A stretch of 64,000 nt of DNA, taken from assembly GCA_964456225.1 (NCBI GenBank), contig CAYWAV010000001.1, forward strand, positions 24,453-88,452. The letters run 5' to 3'. The stretch is from an uncultured Chitinophaga sp. Its GTDB lineage: Bacteria > Bacteroidota > Bacteroidia > 2-12-FULL-35-15. Positions within the stretch are counted from its first letter, which is position 1. Each line of letters begins with the position of its first letter. Under the pieces are notes generated by a model. It worked only from the letters and a program-made list of their open reading frames with translations, did no database searches and had not been told where the DNA came from. The translations under genes were made by a program, and so were the position numbers. Positions 27,095-37,750 of the stretch are shown here, one piece after another.

Positions 27095-28195
27095 TTAATT
27101 TGAACGAGTTGGGAACTCATGAATTTTGGCATTATACCAAAATCCAATTGTGTTGTTGTATTTAAAAACAGGGAGGTCGAACTTCAATTCCATTGTATAA
27201 GGTTTTTGTACATAAAAATCATCATATACTTTCCCTTTATAAAAATATTTCGGTTGATTGATGTTGTCGTAAAAAAGTATTCCGTTTTCACCAGCGATGA
27301 TGCTCTGTTGGTTAACAAGCGGCTGTGAATAAATCTCCCCTCGATAAACAATTTTTAATTCAGAATTATAAGAATAATAAAAAACGTTTCCTTTCCCGGA
27401 AAAATAATCAGGACTACGGGAGTCAATTTTTGTAATAGCTCCATCATAAAAAATGTAAAAATTATCTTTTGCATCTACATACGCTACCAAATCATTAATA
27501 ACAAGGTATTCTTTTATAATTTCTTTACTTATGATTTTGAACGAACCTTTATAAAAAACATTGAATGTGCTTTTGTATTCATCTATAAATGCGACAATAT
27601 TATGTCCGCATTCATAACTGGTCACTCGATTATTGTCGGAAGTATAGATTTCGCCTTTAAAATAAACCTTTAAATCATTATTTAAATCATTAAAGGCCAT
27701 AATGTTGTTATTGATCTTATAATCATTAATAACACTTGAGTTTGTTGCTTTAATAATTGTTTTTGTTTGACCATCTGTATAAGCCACATAATCTAAGCTG
27801 GGTAATGCTTGCCATATAATGATAGAATCACTCGCAAAAAAAGCATCTGCTCTTTTAGCAAGTTGTTTCGTTTCTCCTTTCTCACAAAGCATCAAACGTT
27901 CTTGCATTTTATAAACTAAAGCAGGTGCAGTAGCAACTACTTTGTTAGGAAAATTCTCTTCCAAAACTTGGCTGTAGCCATTGTAATAATAAACAAAACT
28001 TAGTTTTGAGTCGGTATAAGCAACATAGTCGTTCCCCGAATAAATATCTGTGACTTTATTGAACTCTGCTTTTCGTTCAATCCCTTTGTCGAAAACATAA
28101 AAGGCGTTAGTGTAATCATGATAATAACCTTGTCCGTTTTGTGAGAACGAAAGCGAAATTTTTACACAGAGAAGAATTGAAAACCAATAGTTCAT
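27095..28195 (-). CDS. Repeat protein of unknown function (about 8 tandem Tyr/Phe-rich repeats of about 40 aa, possible beta-propeller)
   Basis: 366-aa ORF with a recurring unit of the type YVAYTDSKLSFVYYYNG / IVAFIDEYKSTFNVFYKGSF / LVAYVDAKDNFYIFYDGAI / ELKIVYRGEIY / PKYFYKGKVY. Confidence 0.6.
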   Translation of the reverse strand: MNYWFSILLCVKISLSFSQNGQGYYHDYTNAFYVFDKGIERKAEFNKVTDIYSGNDYVAYTDSKLSFVYYYNGYSQVLEENFPNKVVATAPALVYKMQERLMLCEKGETKQLAKRADAFFASDSIIIWQALPSLDYVAYTDGQTKTIIKATNSSVINDYKINNNIMAFNDLNNDLKVYFKGEIYTSDNNRVTSYECGHNIVAFIDEYKSTFNVFYKGSFKIISKEIIKEYLVINDLVAYVDAKDNFYIFYDGAITKIDSRSPDYFSGKGNVFYYSYNSELKIVYRGEIYSQPLVNQQSIIAGENGILFYDNINQPKYFYKGKVYDDFYVQKPYTMELKFDLPVFKYNNTIGFWYNAKIHEFPTRSN

Positions 28196-28198
28196 GAA

Positions 28199-28912
28199 CT
28201 AGAAATTTGGTTTTAATAAATACTTAGAATAAAATTCATTGATTATTGAAACAGCTTCATCCGCAGTCTCAACAATTTTAAATAATTCCAAATCTTTTTC
28301 GCTGATATTGTTTTCTTCAAGTAGCATTGTTTGTTTCACCCAGTTTAACAAGCCTTCCCAATATTTTTTTCCAACCAATACAATAGGGAAGTGAGCAACT
28401 TTATTTGTTTGAATTAAAGTAATGGCTTCAAATAACTCATCCAATGTGCCAAATCCGCCCGGCATTGCAATAAACCCTTGTGAATATTTTAGGAAAATGG
28501 TTTTTCTTACAAAGAAATAATCGAAATTGATATTTTTATCATTGTCAACAAAAGAATTAGAGCTTTGTTCAAATGGCAAAACGATGTTTAAACCAACCGA
28601 TTTTCCTCCTCCTGCTTTTGCTCCTTTGTTGGCGGCTTCCATAATTCCTGGTCCGCCACCACTTATTACTCCATAACCTTCTCGTGTAAGTTTAAATGCA
28701 ATTTCTTCAGCTAGTTTATAATATGGATTTGTAGTTTTTGTTCGTGCAGATCCAAAAATAGAAACACATGGTCCAATCCGACTCATTTTTTCAAATCCTT
28801 CAACAAACTCGCTCATGATTTTAAAAATCTGCCACGAGTCGGCCGCTTTAATATCATTCCAGTCTTTTGATGCAAATGCTTTTCTGATTTTGTCTTCGTC
28901 TTGGTTTGTCAT
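28199..28912 (-). CDS. LOG-family / TIGR00730 Rossmann-fold nucleotide-binding protein (cytokinin riboside 5-prime-monophosphate phosphoribohydrolase-like)
   Basis: 237-aa ORF with GYGVISGGGPGIMEAANKGA and PGGFGTLDELFE motifs. Confidence 0.85.
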   Translation of the reverse strand: MTNQDEDKIRKAFASKDWNDIKAADSWQIFKIMSEFVEGFEKMSRIGPCVSIFGSARTKTTNPYYKLAEEIAFKLTREGYGVISGGGPGIMEAANKGAKAGGGKSVGLNIVLPFEQSSNSFVDNDKNINFDYFFVRKTIFLKYSQGFIAMPGGFGTLDELFEAITLIQTNKVAHFPIVLVGKKYWEGLLNWVKQTMLLEENNISEKDLELFKIVETADEAVSIINEFYSKYLLKPNF

Positions 28913-28978
28913 AATACGGATAGCGAATTTTTACGAATTTACAAATATTATAATTGTTTTATGAATTGATTAGTGCGT

Positions 28979-31837
28979 TCAACGATATTCTTCCCTCAGA
29001 AATTGTGCCGTATAACTTATTTTATTTTTAATTATTTCCTTTGGCGTCCCTATACATAAGATTTCTCCGCCTGCATTTCCACCTTCTTTTCCTAAATCAA
29101 TAATGTAATCAGCTACTTTAATAATATCCATGTTGTGTTCAATCACCAAAACGGTATTCCCGTTGTCCACCAATTTACTTAATACTTCCAATAAAATTCG
29201 GATGTCTTCAAAATGCAAGCCAGTGGTTGGCTCATCTAAAATATAAAATGTATTTCCAGTATCGCGTTTTGATAATTCTGTTGCTAGTTTAACACGTTGT
29301 GCTTCACCTCCCGAAAGTGTTGTGCTTTGCTGTCCAAGCGTAATATACCCCAATCCAACTTCTTTCAATGTTTTTATTTTCTGAAGTATCGAAGGAATGC
29401 TGCTGAAAAACTCAACAGCAGTATCAATGGTCATGTTTAATATGTCACTGATTGACTTTCCTTTGAAACGAATTTCTAATGTTTCTTTGTTGTAACGTTT
29501 TCCATTACATGTTTCACAATTCACATAAACATCGGGCAAAAAATTCATTTCAATTGTTCTTAAACCTGCACCTTGACAAGTTTCACATCTTCCACCTTTA
29601 ACGTTAAAAGAAAACCTTCCTGCTTTATAGCCTCTGATTTTTGCTTCAGGAATTTCTGCAAACAATGTTCGAATATCAGAAAATACATTTGTGTAAGTTG
29701 CCGGATTACTTCTTGGAGTTCTGCCAATCGGTGACTGGTCAATATCTATTACTTTGTCGATGTGTTCCAAACCCGTAATCGATTTGTAAGGCATAGGTTT
29801 TTTTTCGGAGCGGTAAAAATGTTTGTTTAAGATTGGGTATAATGTCTCGTTAATGAGTGTTGATTTTCCACTTCCTGAAACGCCAGTCACACAGATTAAT
29901 TTCCCCAATGGAAACTCAACTGAAACATCTTTTAAATTGTTTCCTTTTGCTCCTTTTAAAACTAATGATTTACCACTTCCTTTTCTGATTTCTTTGGGAA
30001 TGGGAATTTCTTTCACGCCATTTATATAATCGGAAGTAAGTGTGTGAAATTTTAAAATTTCTTTAGGTGTTCCTTGAGCAATTATTTTCCCACCATGTAT
30101 TCCAGCAGCCGGACCAATATCAATCACATGATCTGCAGCTAAAATCATTTCCTTATCATGTTCCACTACAATTACTGAGTTACCAATGTCGCGAAGGTTT
30201 TTAAGTGCATTGATCAGTCGAACATTGTCGCGTTGATGCAAACCTATGCTCGGCTCATCTAAAATATACAAAACACCAACCAATTGTGATCCAATTTGTG
30301 TAGCTAATCGTATACGTTGTGCTTCACCACCCGATAAAGTTCTGGAGCTTCTGTTTAATGAAAGGTAATCCAATCCAACATCTAATAAAAAGGAAATGCG
30401 TGTTCTGATTTCTTTCAGTACTTCTTTTGCAATTGTGTTTTGTTTTGTGTTCAGTCGTTTTTCAATATTTTTAAACCATTCATTCAATTCAATAATTCCC
30501 ATTTCTGATAGTTCAGCAATGTTTTTATTGTCGATTTTAAAATGAAGAGATTCCTTTTTCAATTTACTTCCTTCGCATTTAGCACAAGGTACTTTATTCA
30601 TGAATCCTTGAATCCACTTTTCAATTGTTGGTGAACTTTGTTCATCATTTTGTTTAATGATGAAACTTGCTATTCCTTCAAATGCAATGCTATAGCTTGT
30701 TGCGGAGCTGTCGGAAAACTGTTTTATTTTAAATACTTCATCGGAGCCGAATAAGATGGTGTCAATTGCTTCATCGGAAATATCTTCAACCGGACTATCC
30801 AACGTGAAACCGTATTTATCACCTATGGCTTCTAATTGTTTGAATATCCATGTTCCTTTGTGCGGACCAATAGGAGCAATAGCTCCTTTACGGATGGATA
30901 ATTTTTTATTTGGAATTATTTTATTGATATCTACTTCAGAAATCATTCCTAATCCGTTGCATTTTGGACAAGCACCGTATGGTGAATTGAAAGAAAATAA
31001 ATTCGGCTGAGGTTCATCATAAGAAATTCCGGAGGTCGGACACATCAAATGGCGACTGTAAAATTCAACATTCCCGTATTCTTCTTCAATTTTGCCCATT
31101 TTAAAAGGTTGAACCATAATGATTCCTTTCCCTTGTTTCATGGCCAATTGCATGGATTCTGAAATACGTGGACGAGCTTCGGCATTTACTTCCAATCGAT
31201 CAATTACTATTTCAATATCGTGAACTTTATATCTATCGAGTTGAATTCTTTTGGTTAATTCTACCACTTCTCCGTCTATCCGAACTCTTAAATAGCCCCA
31301 TTTTTTTATTTGCTCAAAGAGTTCTCTGTAATGTCCTTTTCTTCCTTTTACAACTGGAGCTAAAATCAATATTTTTTGATTTTGAAATTTTTCCAGAATC
31401 AATTGTATGATTTGATCATCAGAGTAGCGAACCATTTTTTCTCCTGTAACATAAGAGTATGCATCAGATGCACGTGCATAAAGCAATCTCAAAAAATCAT
31501 AGATTTCTGTAATTGTGCCAACTGTTGAACGTGGATTTTTGTTTACTGTTTTTTGTTCAATAGAAATAACTGGGCTCAATCCTGTTATTTTATCTACATC
31601 CGGCCTTTCCATGTTTCCAAGAAACTGACGGGCATAGGCAGAAAAGCTTTCTATATAACGTCTTTGCCCTTCAGCATATATCGTATCAAAAGCCAATGAT
31701 GATTTTCCACTTCCACTTAAACCGGTTATTACCACCAATTTATTTCTGGGGATAGTAACATCAATATTTTTAAGGTTGTGGGCACGAGCGCCAACAACTT
31801 CCAAATAATCTATTTCACTTTTTACTGCACTCGACAT
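28979..31837 (-). CDS. uvrA: Excinuclease ABC subunit A
   Basis: 952-aa ORF with two ABC modules ([12 protein letters not shown] and [10 protein letters not shown]), two copies of LSGGEAQR and CxxC zinc-finger pairs. Confidence 0.95.
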   Translation of the reverse strand: MSSAVKSEIDYLEVVGARAHNLKNIDVTIPRNKLVVITGLSGSGKSSLAFDTIYAEGQRRYIESFSAYARQFLGNMERPDVDKITGLSPVISIEQKTVNKNPRSTVGTITEIYDFLRLLYARASDAYSYVTGEKMVRYSDDQIIQLILEKFQNQKILILAPVVKGRKGHYRELFEQIKKWGYLRVRIDGEVVELTKRIQLDRYKVHDIEIVIDRLEVNAEARPRISESMQLAMKQGKGIIMVQPFKMGKIEEEYGNVEFYSRHLMCPTSGISYDEPQPNLFSFNSPYGACPKCNGLGMISEVDINKIIPNKKLSIRKGAIAPIGPHKGTWIFKQLEAIGDKYGFTLDSPVEDISDEAIDTILFGSDEVFKIKQFSDSSATSYSIAFEGIASFIIKQNDEQSSPTIEKWIQGFMNKVPCAKCEGSKLKKESLHFKIDNKNIAELSEMGIIELNEWFKNIEKRLNTKQNTIAKEVLKEIRTRISFLLDVGLDYLSLNRSSRTLSGGEAQRIRLATQIGSQLVGVLYILDEPSIGLHQRDNVRLINALKNLRDIGNSVIVVEHDKEMILAADHVIDIGPAAGIHGGKIIAQGTPKEILKFHTLTSDYINGVKEIPIPKEIRKGSGKSLVLKGAKGNNLKDVSVEFPLGKLICVTGVSGSGKSTLINETLYPILNKHFYRSEKKPMPYKSITGLEHIDKVIDIDQSPIGRTPRSNPATYTNVFSDIRTLFAEIPEAKIRGYKAGRFSFNVKGGRCETCQGAGLRTIEMNFLPDVYVNCETCNGKRYNKETLEIRFKGKSISDILNMTIDTAVEFFSSIPSILQKIKTLKEVGLGYITLGQQSTTLSGGEAQRVKLATELSKRDTGNTFYILDEPTTGLHFEDIRILLEVLSKLVDNGNTVLVIEHNMDIIKVADYIIDLGKEGGNAGGEILCIGTPKEIIKNKISYTAQFLREEYR

Positions 31838-31888
31838 TCTGTTTTAACTTAGGTAGTAGATATTAAAATGCTTGCTTTTTTATTTTTG

Positions 31889-31896
31889 CAAAGGTA
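31889..31896 (-). promoter_or_regulatory. Candidate -7 promoter box for uvrA (TACCTTTG on the minus strand)
   Basis: Plus-strand CAAAGGTA is the minus-strand TAnnTTTG, 52 nt upstream of the uvrA ATG. A TTG lies about 19 nt further upstream (plus-strand CAA at 31916-31918). Confidence 0.3.
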
Positions 31897-31933
31897 AGGA
31901 AGAATCCATTAGGAACAAGGTGTTTAACCTATT

Positions 31934-32539
31934 TTAATGGAGATTTTTAGCTAAAAATTCGATTGGATTATAGTAGTATTTTTCTAAGTCGGCCGGCTTA
32001 TAACAAATAAGTGAATAAGCGTTGAAAAGCCTCTCGGGTTGCAGGTTATTTGGTTTAATACTTACTGGCTTTATTTTTAAAATTTCTAAATGAAAATGAT
32101 CAAATTGCCAACCATGTTTGTTTAGCTCTGTTTTATTCATAAAACGTGCAATTGGCTTATCTGGAGTAACGGTTTCGTTTAAGCTGGCAGTTATGCCTGC
32201 AATGTGTTCATACAGTGTCCAAAATAGTTTATCTCCGATACGATGTTCAATTATTAGTTGAGCATAGGGTCCATCAGTTCGTTTACTGATTATTTTTCCT
32301 TTAGCAATAGCAAAAATGGGCTCATTAATATAATTACTGCTTGGTCGTTTAATATCAATTCCGGTATGAAGATGTGATGGAACTGTTTTTCTTTCTTTGC
32401 GAACGAGCCCGAATTTTCCGATTTCAGTTAACCGAATTTGTGAAATATCTTTCCTGTCATTCGTTTTTAAAGGGATATAAAATGGAGATGTTAATACAAG
32501 TGAGAAAAAAAAACAAGTAAAAAATGTTTTGAGAATCAT
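31934..32539 (-). CDS. M23-family metallopeptidase (peptidoglycan endopeptidase-like)
   Basis: 201-aa ORF with the HxxxD motif HLHTGIDI and the HxH motif HFHLEI, plus a signal/anchor at the N-terminus. Confidence 0.75.
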   Translation of the reverse strand: MILKTFFTCFFFSLVLTSPFYIPLKTNDRKDISQIRLTEIGKFGLVRKERKTVPSHLHTGIDIKRPSSNYINEPIFAIAKGKIISKRTDGPYAQLIIEHRIGDKLFWTLYEHIAGITASLNETVTPDKPIARFMNKTELNKHGWQFDHFHLEILKIKPVSIKPNNLQPERLFNAYSLICYKPADLEKYYYNPIEFLAKNLH

Positions 32540-32541
32540 TT

Positions 32542-33624
32542 TTATTCTTTTGGCTTATCTTCTTTCTTGATTGAATCGTTTAAAAGTGGGGCAGTAGTAA
32601 TTAAATTAACCGAATCGCTTTGTGTTAATTGATTACTCCCTTCGTAGTTGCCATCCAAATCATAAATGTTCATTGAACCTTTTGGAATTTCGATGACGTA
32701 TTTTTTTCCTCCTGTATTTGTCAATGAATTTGTTCTGAGCCAAGGATTAAATAATTTCAATATTTTATAGTTGATTCCTTGTGCAATTGAAAAATCGGCA
32801 AGATTGTTTATTGTTGTGTCTACGGTGATTTTTTTTGTTGGAATTGAAGGATACAAATCTTTTTTTCTGAGCATGTACCCGTATACTTTTGGCCTTGAAA
32901 TAATTTCTTTCATTGCAAGTATTCTGTATACGTATCTGGCTGTTTCTTCAGTTACAGCTAAATCGTAATAGCTGTTTACTTTTTGCTTTGCTAATTGTCC
33001 TTGAACACCGCCCATTCCTAAATTATAAGATGCCGCAACCAGTGTCCAGTTATTAAAAATCTTATGAGCTTCTTTAAAATATTTGCATGCTGCTTCAGTA
33101 GATTTTACAACGTGGTATCGTTCATCCACTTCTTCGGTAATCTCCATTCCATAACCTGTTCCTGTGGATTCAATTATTTGCCAAAACCCTGTTGCGCCTT
33201 GTGGTGAAACTACATTGGTGAGTTGACTTTCTATTAAAGCAATGTATTTAAAGTCTTCAGGAATACCATTTTTTTCCAGTATAGGTTCAATCACTGGAAA
33301 CCAACGATTAGCTCTTTTGTGTAATAAAAGCGTTTGCGATTGCCAATAGGTATTTACTATCAGCTCACGTTCGGTAGCTTCTCTTACACTGAAATCAGTT
33401 ATCGGTGTTTTTTCATCAGCAAAATTTAAATTCTTAGGAATTCGGATGCTAAACGTTTTATAGCTGGCATTAAAATAATCTTGGTATTCTCCATCGGATA
33501 TGCTATCACTTACTGAATAGGAGAATAGCTTTATAATGCTTATTAATGCAAGAGCAAGCCCAAAAGCGATGAAGTACTTTTTGGATGCTTTAAGATAGAA
33601 GACGACTTTTTCTTTCCGTTGCAT
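32542..33624 (-). CDS. Lytic transglycosylase (SLT domain, MltD-like) with a LysM-like C-terminus
   Basis: 360-aa ORF with the catalytic block IALIESQL, GFWQI and AASYNLG. Confidence 0.8.
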   Translation of the reverse strand: MQRKEKVVFYLKASKKYFIAFGLALALISIIKLFSYSVSDSISDGEYQDYFNASYKTFSIRIPKNLNFADEKTPITDFSVREATERELIVNTYWQSQTLLLHKRANRWFPVIEPILEKNGIPEDFKYIALIESQLTNVVSPQGATGFWQIIESTGTGYGMEITEEVDERYHVVKSTEAACKYFKEAHKIFNNWTLVAASYNLGMGGVQGQLAKQKVNSYYDLAVTEETARYVYRILAMKEIISRPKVYGYMLRKKDLYPSIPTKKITVDTTINNLADFSIAQGINYKILKLFNPWLRTNSLTNTGGKKYVIEIPKGSMNIYDLDGNYEGSNQLTQSDSVNLITTAPLLNDSIKKEDKPKE

Positions 33625-34703
33625 TATTTAGAATTCTTGCGCGTTGGTGCATAAAAGAAATAAAATAAAATCATAAAATAAACAGAAAACAATAGGATAT
33701 GGACATAACTCCATTCTTTTATATAAACGAGTATTAAATAACTTAAAAACATATTAATAAAACAAACCCCAGAATACATTAATGCAATTCTTTTTTCTGT
33801 TAAGCCCATATAAAAGAAATTGTGTGTTGTGTGGTCTTTCCCACCTACAAATGGCGACTTGCCTTTTCTTAAACGATTGATAACAACAGTTGTTGTATCA
33901 ATAATTGGAATTGCAAAAGTTAAAATAGAAATAAAGAATTGCTTCGTGTCATTAATGTTTTCATGATCAATACTTACCTCTTGTGGTGTCCAAAGATACA
34001 GTATCCCAATAGCAGCTAAAAACACTCCTAAGAACTGGCTGCCTGTATCCCCCATGAAAATTTTTGCTGGATGCCAATTGTAGAATAAAAATCCAATCAA
34101 GGCAGATAAAACTCCAATCAAAATGATTGTGTGAATCGTATGGCCATTTTTGTTGATATAGAGTACAAAGAGTGAACTTACAATTACTGAAATAGAAACT
34201 ATTGTAGTAATTCCATCCATATTATCGAGCATATTAATTGAGTTCATCATTGCCACTACCCAGAATAATGAAAACGCAATATTAATATAGTTGTTAGAAA
34301 ATAGTGTAATACAGGTGCCTGTGGATATTAAAATTAAACCACAACAAATTTGAATAATGAGTTTCAAAAAGGGTTTTGTATTATATGCATCATCAGATAA
34401 TCCAAGTAAAAATGCCAGTGTACATGCAGCCAAAAGTCCAAGTATTTGCTTGTTTACTAATACAGGTGTTTGCTCAAAAAAGATGGAATAGCTGGCAATT
34501 GAAAGAAGAAAAATGAGATAAAATGAAATTCCACCTAAAGAAGGCTTTGCAGAAGAGCTCCATCTGATTATTGTTTCTGAGGTATTTCGAATTCCCAAGT
34601 TTGAAGCAAACTTTAAAAATAAGCCATTTATCAGAAAAGACAAAATAACAGTGCTTATAAAGTAGCCGGCATAAATAATTAATAAATAAGTACGATGTTC
34701 CAT
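33624..34703 (-). CDS. Polyprenyl-phosphate N-acetylhexosamine-1-phosphate transferase (GT4 MraY/WecA family), initiating enzyme
   Basis: 359-aa polytopic ORF with NSINMLDNMDGI and FMGDTGSQFLG motifs. Confidence 0.8.
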   Translation of the reverse strand: MEHRTYLLIIYAGYFISTVILSFLINGLFLKFASNLGIRNTSETIIRWSSSAKPSLGGISFYLIFLLSIASYSIFFEQTPVLVNKQILGLLAACTLAFLLGLSDDAYNTKPFLKLIIQICCGLILISTGTCITLFSNNYINIAFSLFWVVAMMNSINMLDNMDGITTIVSISVIVSSLFVLYINKNGHTIHTIILIGVLSALIGFLFYNWHPAKIFMGDTGSQFLGVFLAAIGILYLWTPQEVSIDHENINDTKQFFISILTFAIPIIDTTTVVINRLRKGKSPFVGGKDHTTHNFFYMGLTEKRIALMYSGVCFINMFLSYLILVYIKEWSYVHILLFSVYFMILFYFFYAPTRKNSK

Positions 34704-34718
34704 AGTTATAAAAATGCT

Positions 34719-35261
34719 TTAAAAAATGCTTTCAAAATCCTCAAACCGTTTGCCTGTTTTGTCTTTTTCAGAAAGAGTTGGATTGTCTACTCCCCATTGT
34801 ATATTAAGCGTTTTGTCGTTCCATACAATAGTATCTTCCGATGCTTTGTTAAAAATATTTGTGCATTTATAGGAAAATATAGTGTTGTCTTCCAAAGTTA
34901 AAAATCCATGAGCGAATCCGGGAGGAATCCACAACATCGTTTTGTTTATTTCACTCAAAACAATATCAAAATGTTGTCCGTAAGTTTTTGATTTTTTTCT
35001 TATATCAACTGCAACATCTAGAATTGAACCTTTGATGGCCCTAACTAATTTCCCTTGTGCATAAGGCGGATTTTGGAAATGCAATCCTCGTAAAACATTT
35101 TTTTGAGAAAGTGATTGGTTGTCTTGTACGAATTCTTCCTTAATTCCAATTTTTTCAAAAGCTACTTTATTATACGATTCGTAAAAGTAGCCTCTCTCAT
35201 CTTCAAATATTTTTGGTTGAATAATAAATAAATCTTTAATTGGGGTGGTTAGCACTTCCAT
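34719..35261 (-). CDS. rfbC: dTDP-4-dehydrorhamnose 3,5-epimerase
   Basis: 180-aa ORF with ERGYFYESY, LRGLHFQ..PYAQGKLVR and IPPGFAHGF. Confidence 0.9.
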   Translation of the reverse strand: MEVLTTPIKDLFIIQPKIFEDERGYFYESYNKVAFEKIGIKEEFVQDNQSLSQKNVLRGLHFQNPPYAQGKLVRAIKGSILDVAVDIRKKSKTYGQHFDIVLSEINKTMLWIPPGFAHGFLTLEDNTIFSYKCTNIFNKASEDTIVWNDKTLNIQWGVDNPTLSEKDKTGKRFEDFESIF

Positions 35262-35277
35262 AAATTTCGAATTCCAA

Positions 35278-37728
35278 TTACTTGTTAAAAAAAGATTTTT
35301 TTTGTTTTACACTTGATTTTGATTCATCATCATAATATCCGTACCCGTAGCCATAGCCGTATCCATAACCATATCCGTAGTTATATCCGTAACTCTTCCG
35401 GTCGATATCAACACCATTTAATACAACGGATAGTTTTTTAATGTTTGCCTCATTAAATAATCGATCCACATTTTGAATGAAATTTCTTTTTGAATATTCT
35501 GCTCTGAAAATATAAATCGGATAATCCGCTCTTTGAATCATTGGTATACCATCACTTACCAATCCAACTGGAGGGTTATCAATGATGATTACATCATAAA
35601 TTGTTTTTAAATGATTCAAAATATCATCCATTTTAGAGCTAATAATTAATTCGGATGGATTAGGGGGAATTGGTCCTGCAGTTATGAAATCCAAGTTTTC
35701 CAAATTACTATGTTGTATCGTTTCTTCTATTTTACCTTTTCCAATTAAGAGTGTACTCATGCCTTTTGAATTCTCTGCTTTAAAACCAATGTGAATTTTA
35801 GGTTTACGCATGTCCAAATCGATGATTACCACTTTTTTTCCTGAGAAAGCTATTATACCTGCAAGATTGATCGCTACAAATGTTTTTCCTTCTCCAGAAA
35901 TGGTGGAGGTTAATGCAATTATTTTGGGTCCGGGTTCATTTGAAATAAATTGCAAGTTAGTTCGTATGGAACGGAATGCTTCTGCAATAAGTGATTTGGG
36001 ACTTTTATCAACTAAAAGCTGTGATACAGGAATGTCCTGTTTACATTTTGGAACTATCCCTAATATACTGATAGAGGAATTTGTGTATTTACTGATTTCA
36101 TTTAAGGAATTTATTTCGTTGTGTGATAAATAACGGAAAAGAACCAAAAAGATACTTAGTAATAATGCAACAACTAAATAGCTTATATACGTTATTTTTC
36201 TGTTTGGAGAGACAGGACTGCGAGGGGCATCTGCTTTTTCCAAAAGAATATTTTGAGATACAAATCCTGCTTTTGAAATAGAGTACTCTGTTCTTTTTTC
36301 TAATAAAAGGGTGTAATACTTTTCATTTATATTAAACAAGCGTTGAAGTCGGGCATACTCCATTTCATTTTTTGGAGCTTTGTTAAATGTTCCTGCAAAT
36401 TGATCCGCTTTTTTCTGTAATTCGTTTTTTCTTAATTCTATGTTTGCATTTACAGATTTAATGCTTTCTTTCAATAATCTTTTTTGAATATTAATTTGAT
36501 AATCAATCGCAACAATTGCTTCACTATTTGGCTTTACTTGATAAAGCATTTCTTCTTTCTGAATTAACAGCCTATGCAATTCAGCTACTGTTTTGGAGAT
36601 GTTAGCTTCTGTTTCAGTTCCAGCCAACATAGCTAATAGACTGTAGGTGTCAAGCGTTTTAGAGTTGTTTATGTCTTTTTCTATTTTATTTAAAACATTG
36701 GCTTCTAAATCCAAAGCGATGATTTGATCTTCCAATCCATTCAAACGATTTGTATTTGTATTTTTTAATTCAATGTCTTCTGATACATTGTTAGTTTTTT
36801 TAAAATCCTGAATAGAGTTTTCAGAATTTTTTAATTGTTCGTAAACAGCATCAAGCTGAAGGTCGATAAATCCGATAACACTTTTTGAGCTTTCTCCTTT
36901 TCTTTCGATATCAAAATTGGTATACTCTTCTGTCATGGAAGTTACCAAATCAGAAGCCTTTTGTGGATTAAGATCTTTAAATGAAATGCCAATTGTTTTT
37001 GCTCCTTCATTTAATAATTTTACTTCCAAAAACGGATAATAAGCATTCACTAAGGAGTTAGTATCATTAACTGAAAAATAGTATGCTTGCTCTTTAATAG
37101 CATTCTGTTGTTTTTGAATGTCAGGAAAATTAGAAATAATAACTTTCAAATCAAATTGCGGAAATTTCAGCCATTTGTTGGAGGTGTAATTTTCAGAATA
37201 ATTTTTCCCGTTTAATGTAAAGTTTATAACTCCACTGGTGCTGCTGTTGAAATTTAAATATATTTTGGTGCCGGCTATTGAATTATCTTTCCGGTTGATT
37301 TCAATTGTAAATGGGCTATTGGTATAGAGTTCGTTATTCAGCAAGGTACCTTCGGTATAATAGCTGATATCTAAAGGGAGATTAGAGAGTACTCGTTTGA
37401 AAAAAACTTTTGAACGTAAAAGTTCAACTGCTTCAGCCAATCCATTTGAGTTTTCAGAAGAGTAAATGTTTTCAACATCAAGCAGTTTAGTTGCTTGATT
37501 AGCTGATTGAACTTGAATGATGCTTGAGGCTTCAAAAACAGGCGGAGTGTAACGCAAGTATAATTTTGCTCCGACAAATGCTGCTCCGAAAAACAAAAGA
37601 ATCCAAATCAGACTTTTTCTTGCGATAAATAAAAATAAGCCTAATTCGAATTCCCCACTGAAATTCGAAATCCGTTCTTTATAACGTTCAAAATTATCGT
37701 TCGTTTTTGATATGTCTTCCTGTAGCAT
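35278..37728 (-). CDS. wzc: Polysaccharide co-polymerase / tyrosine autokinase (Wzc/GumC-type)
   Basis: The likely start is MLQEDISK at 37728, because the track start 37788 overlaps wza. It has two TM segments around a coiled periplasmic domain, a Walker A SGEGKTF, VVIIDLDMRKP, and the C-terminal Tyr cluster YGYNYGYGYGYGYGYGYGYY. Confidence 0.85.
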   Translation of the reverse strand: MLQEDISKTNDNFERYKERISNFSGEFELGLFLFIARKSLIWILLFFGAAFVGAKLYLRYTPPVFEASSIIQVQSANQATKLLDVENIYSSENSNGLAEAVELLRSKVFFKRVLSNLPLDISYYTEGTLLNNELYTNSPFTIEINRKDNSIAGTKIYLNFNSSTSGVINFTLNGKNYSENYTSNKWLKFPQFDLKVIISNFPDIQKQQNAIKEQAYYFSVNDTNSLVNAYYPFLEVKLLNEGAKTIGISFKDLNPQKASDLVTSMTEEYTNFDIERKGESSKSVIGFIDLQLDAVYEQLKNSENSIQDFKKTNNVSEDIELKNTNTNRLNGLEDQIIALDLEANVLNKIEKDINNSKTLDTYSLLAMLAGTETEANISKTVAELHRLLIQKEEMLYQVKPNSEAIVAIDYQINIQKRLLKESIKSVNANIELRKNELQKKADQFAGTFNKAPKNEMEYARLQRLFNINEKYYTLLLEKRTEYSISKAGFVSQNILLEKADAPRSPVSPNRKITYISYLVVALLLSIFLVLFRYLSHNEINSLNEISKYTNSSISILGIVPKCKQDIPVSQLLVDKSPKSLIAEAFRSIRTNLQFISNEPGPKIIALTSTISGEGKTFVAINLAGIIAFSGKKVVIIDLDMRKPKIHIGFKAENSKGMSTLLIGKGKIEETIQHSNLENLDFITAGPIPPNPSELIISSKMDDILNHLKTIYDVIIIDNPPVGLVSDGIPMIQRADYPIYIFRAEYSKRNFIQNVDRLFNEANIKKLSVVLNGVDIDRKSYGYNYGYGYGYGYGYGYGYYDDESKSSVKQKKSFFNK
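35335..35394. repeat. Coding (TAY-GGN)n hexanucleotide repeat encoding the (YG)n tail of Wzc
   Basis: ccgtacccgtagccatagccgtatccataaccatatccgtagttatatccgta. Confidence 0.85.
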
Positions 37729-37750
37729 TTTTGTTTCAAATAATATTGAA

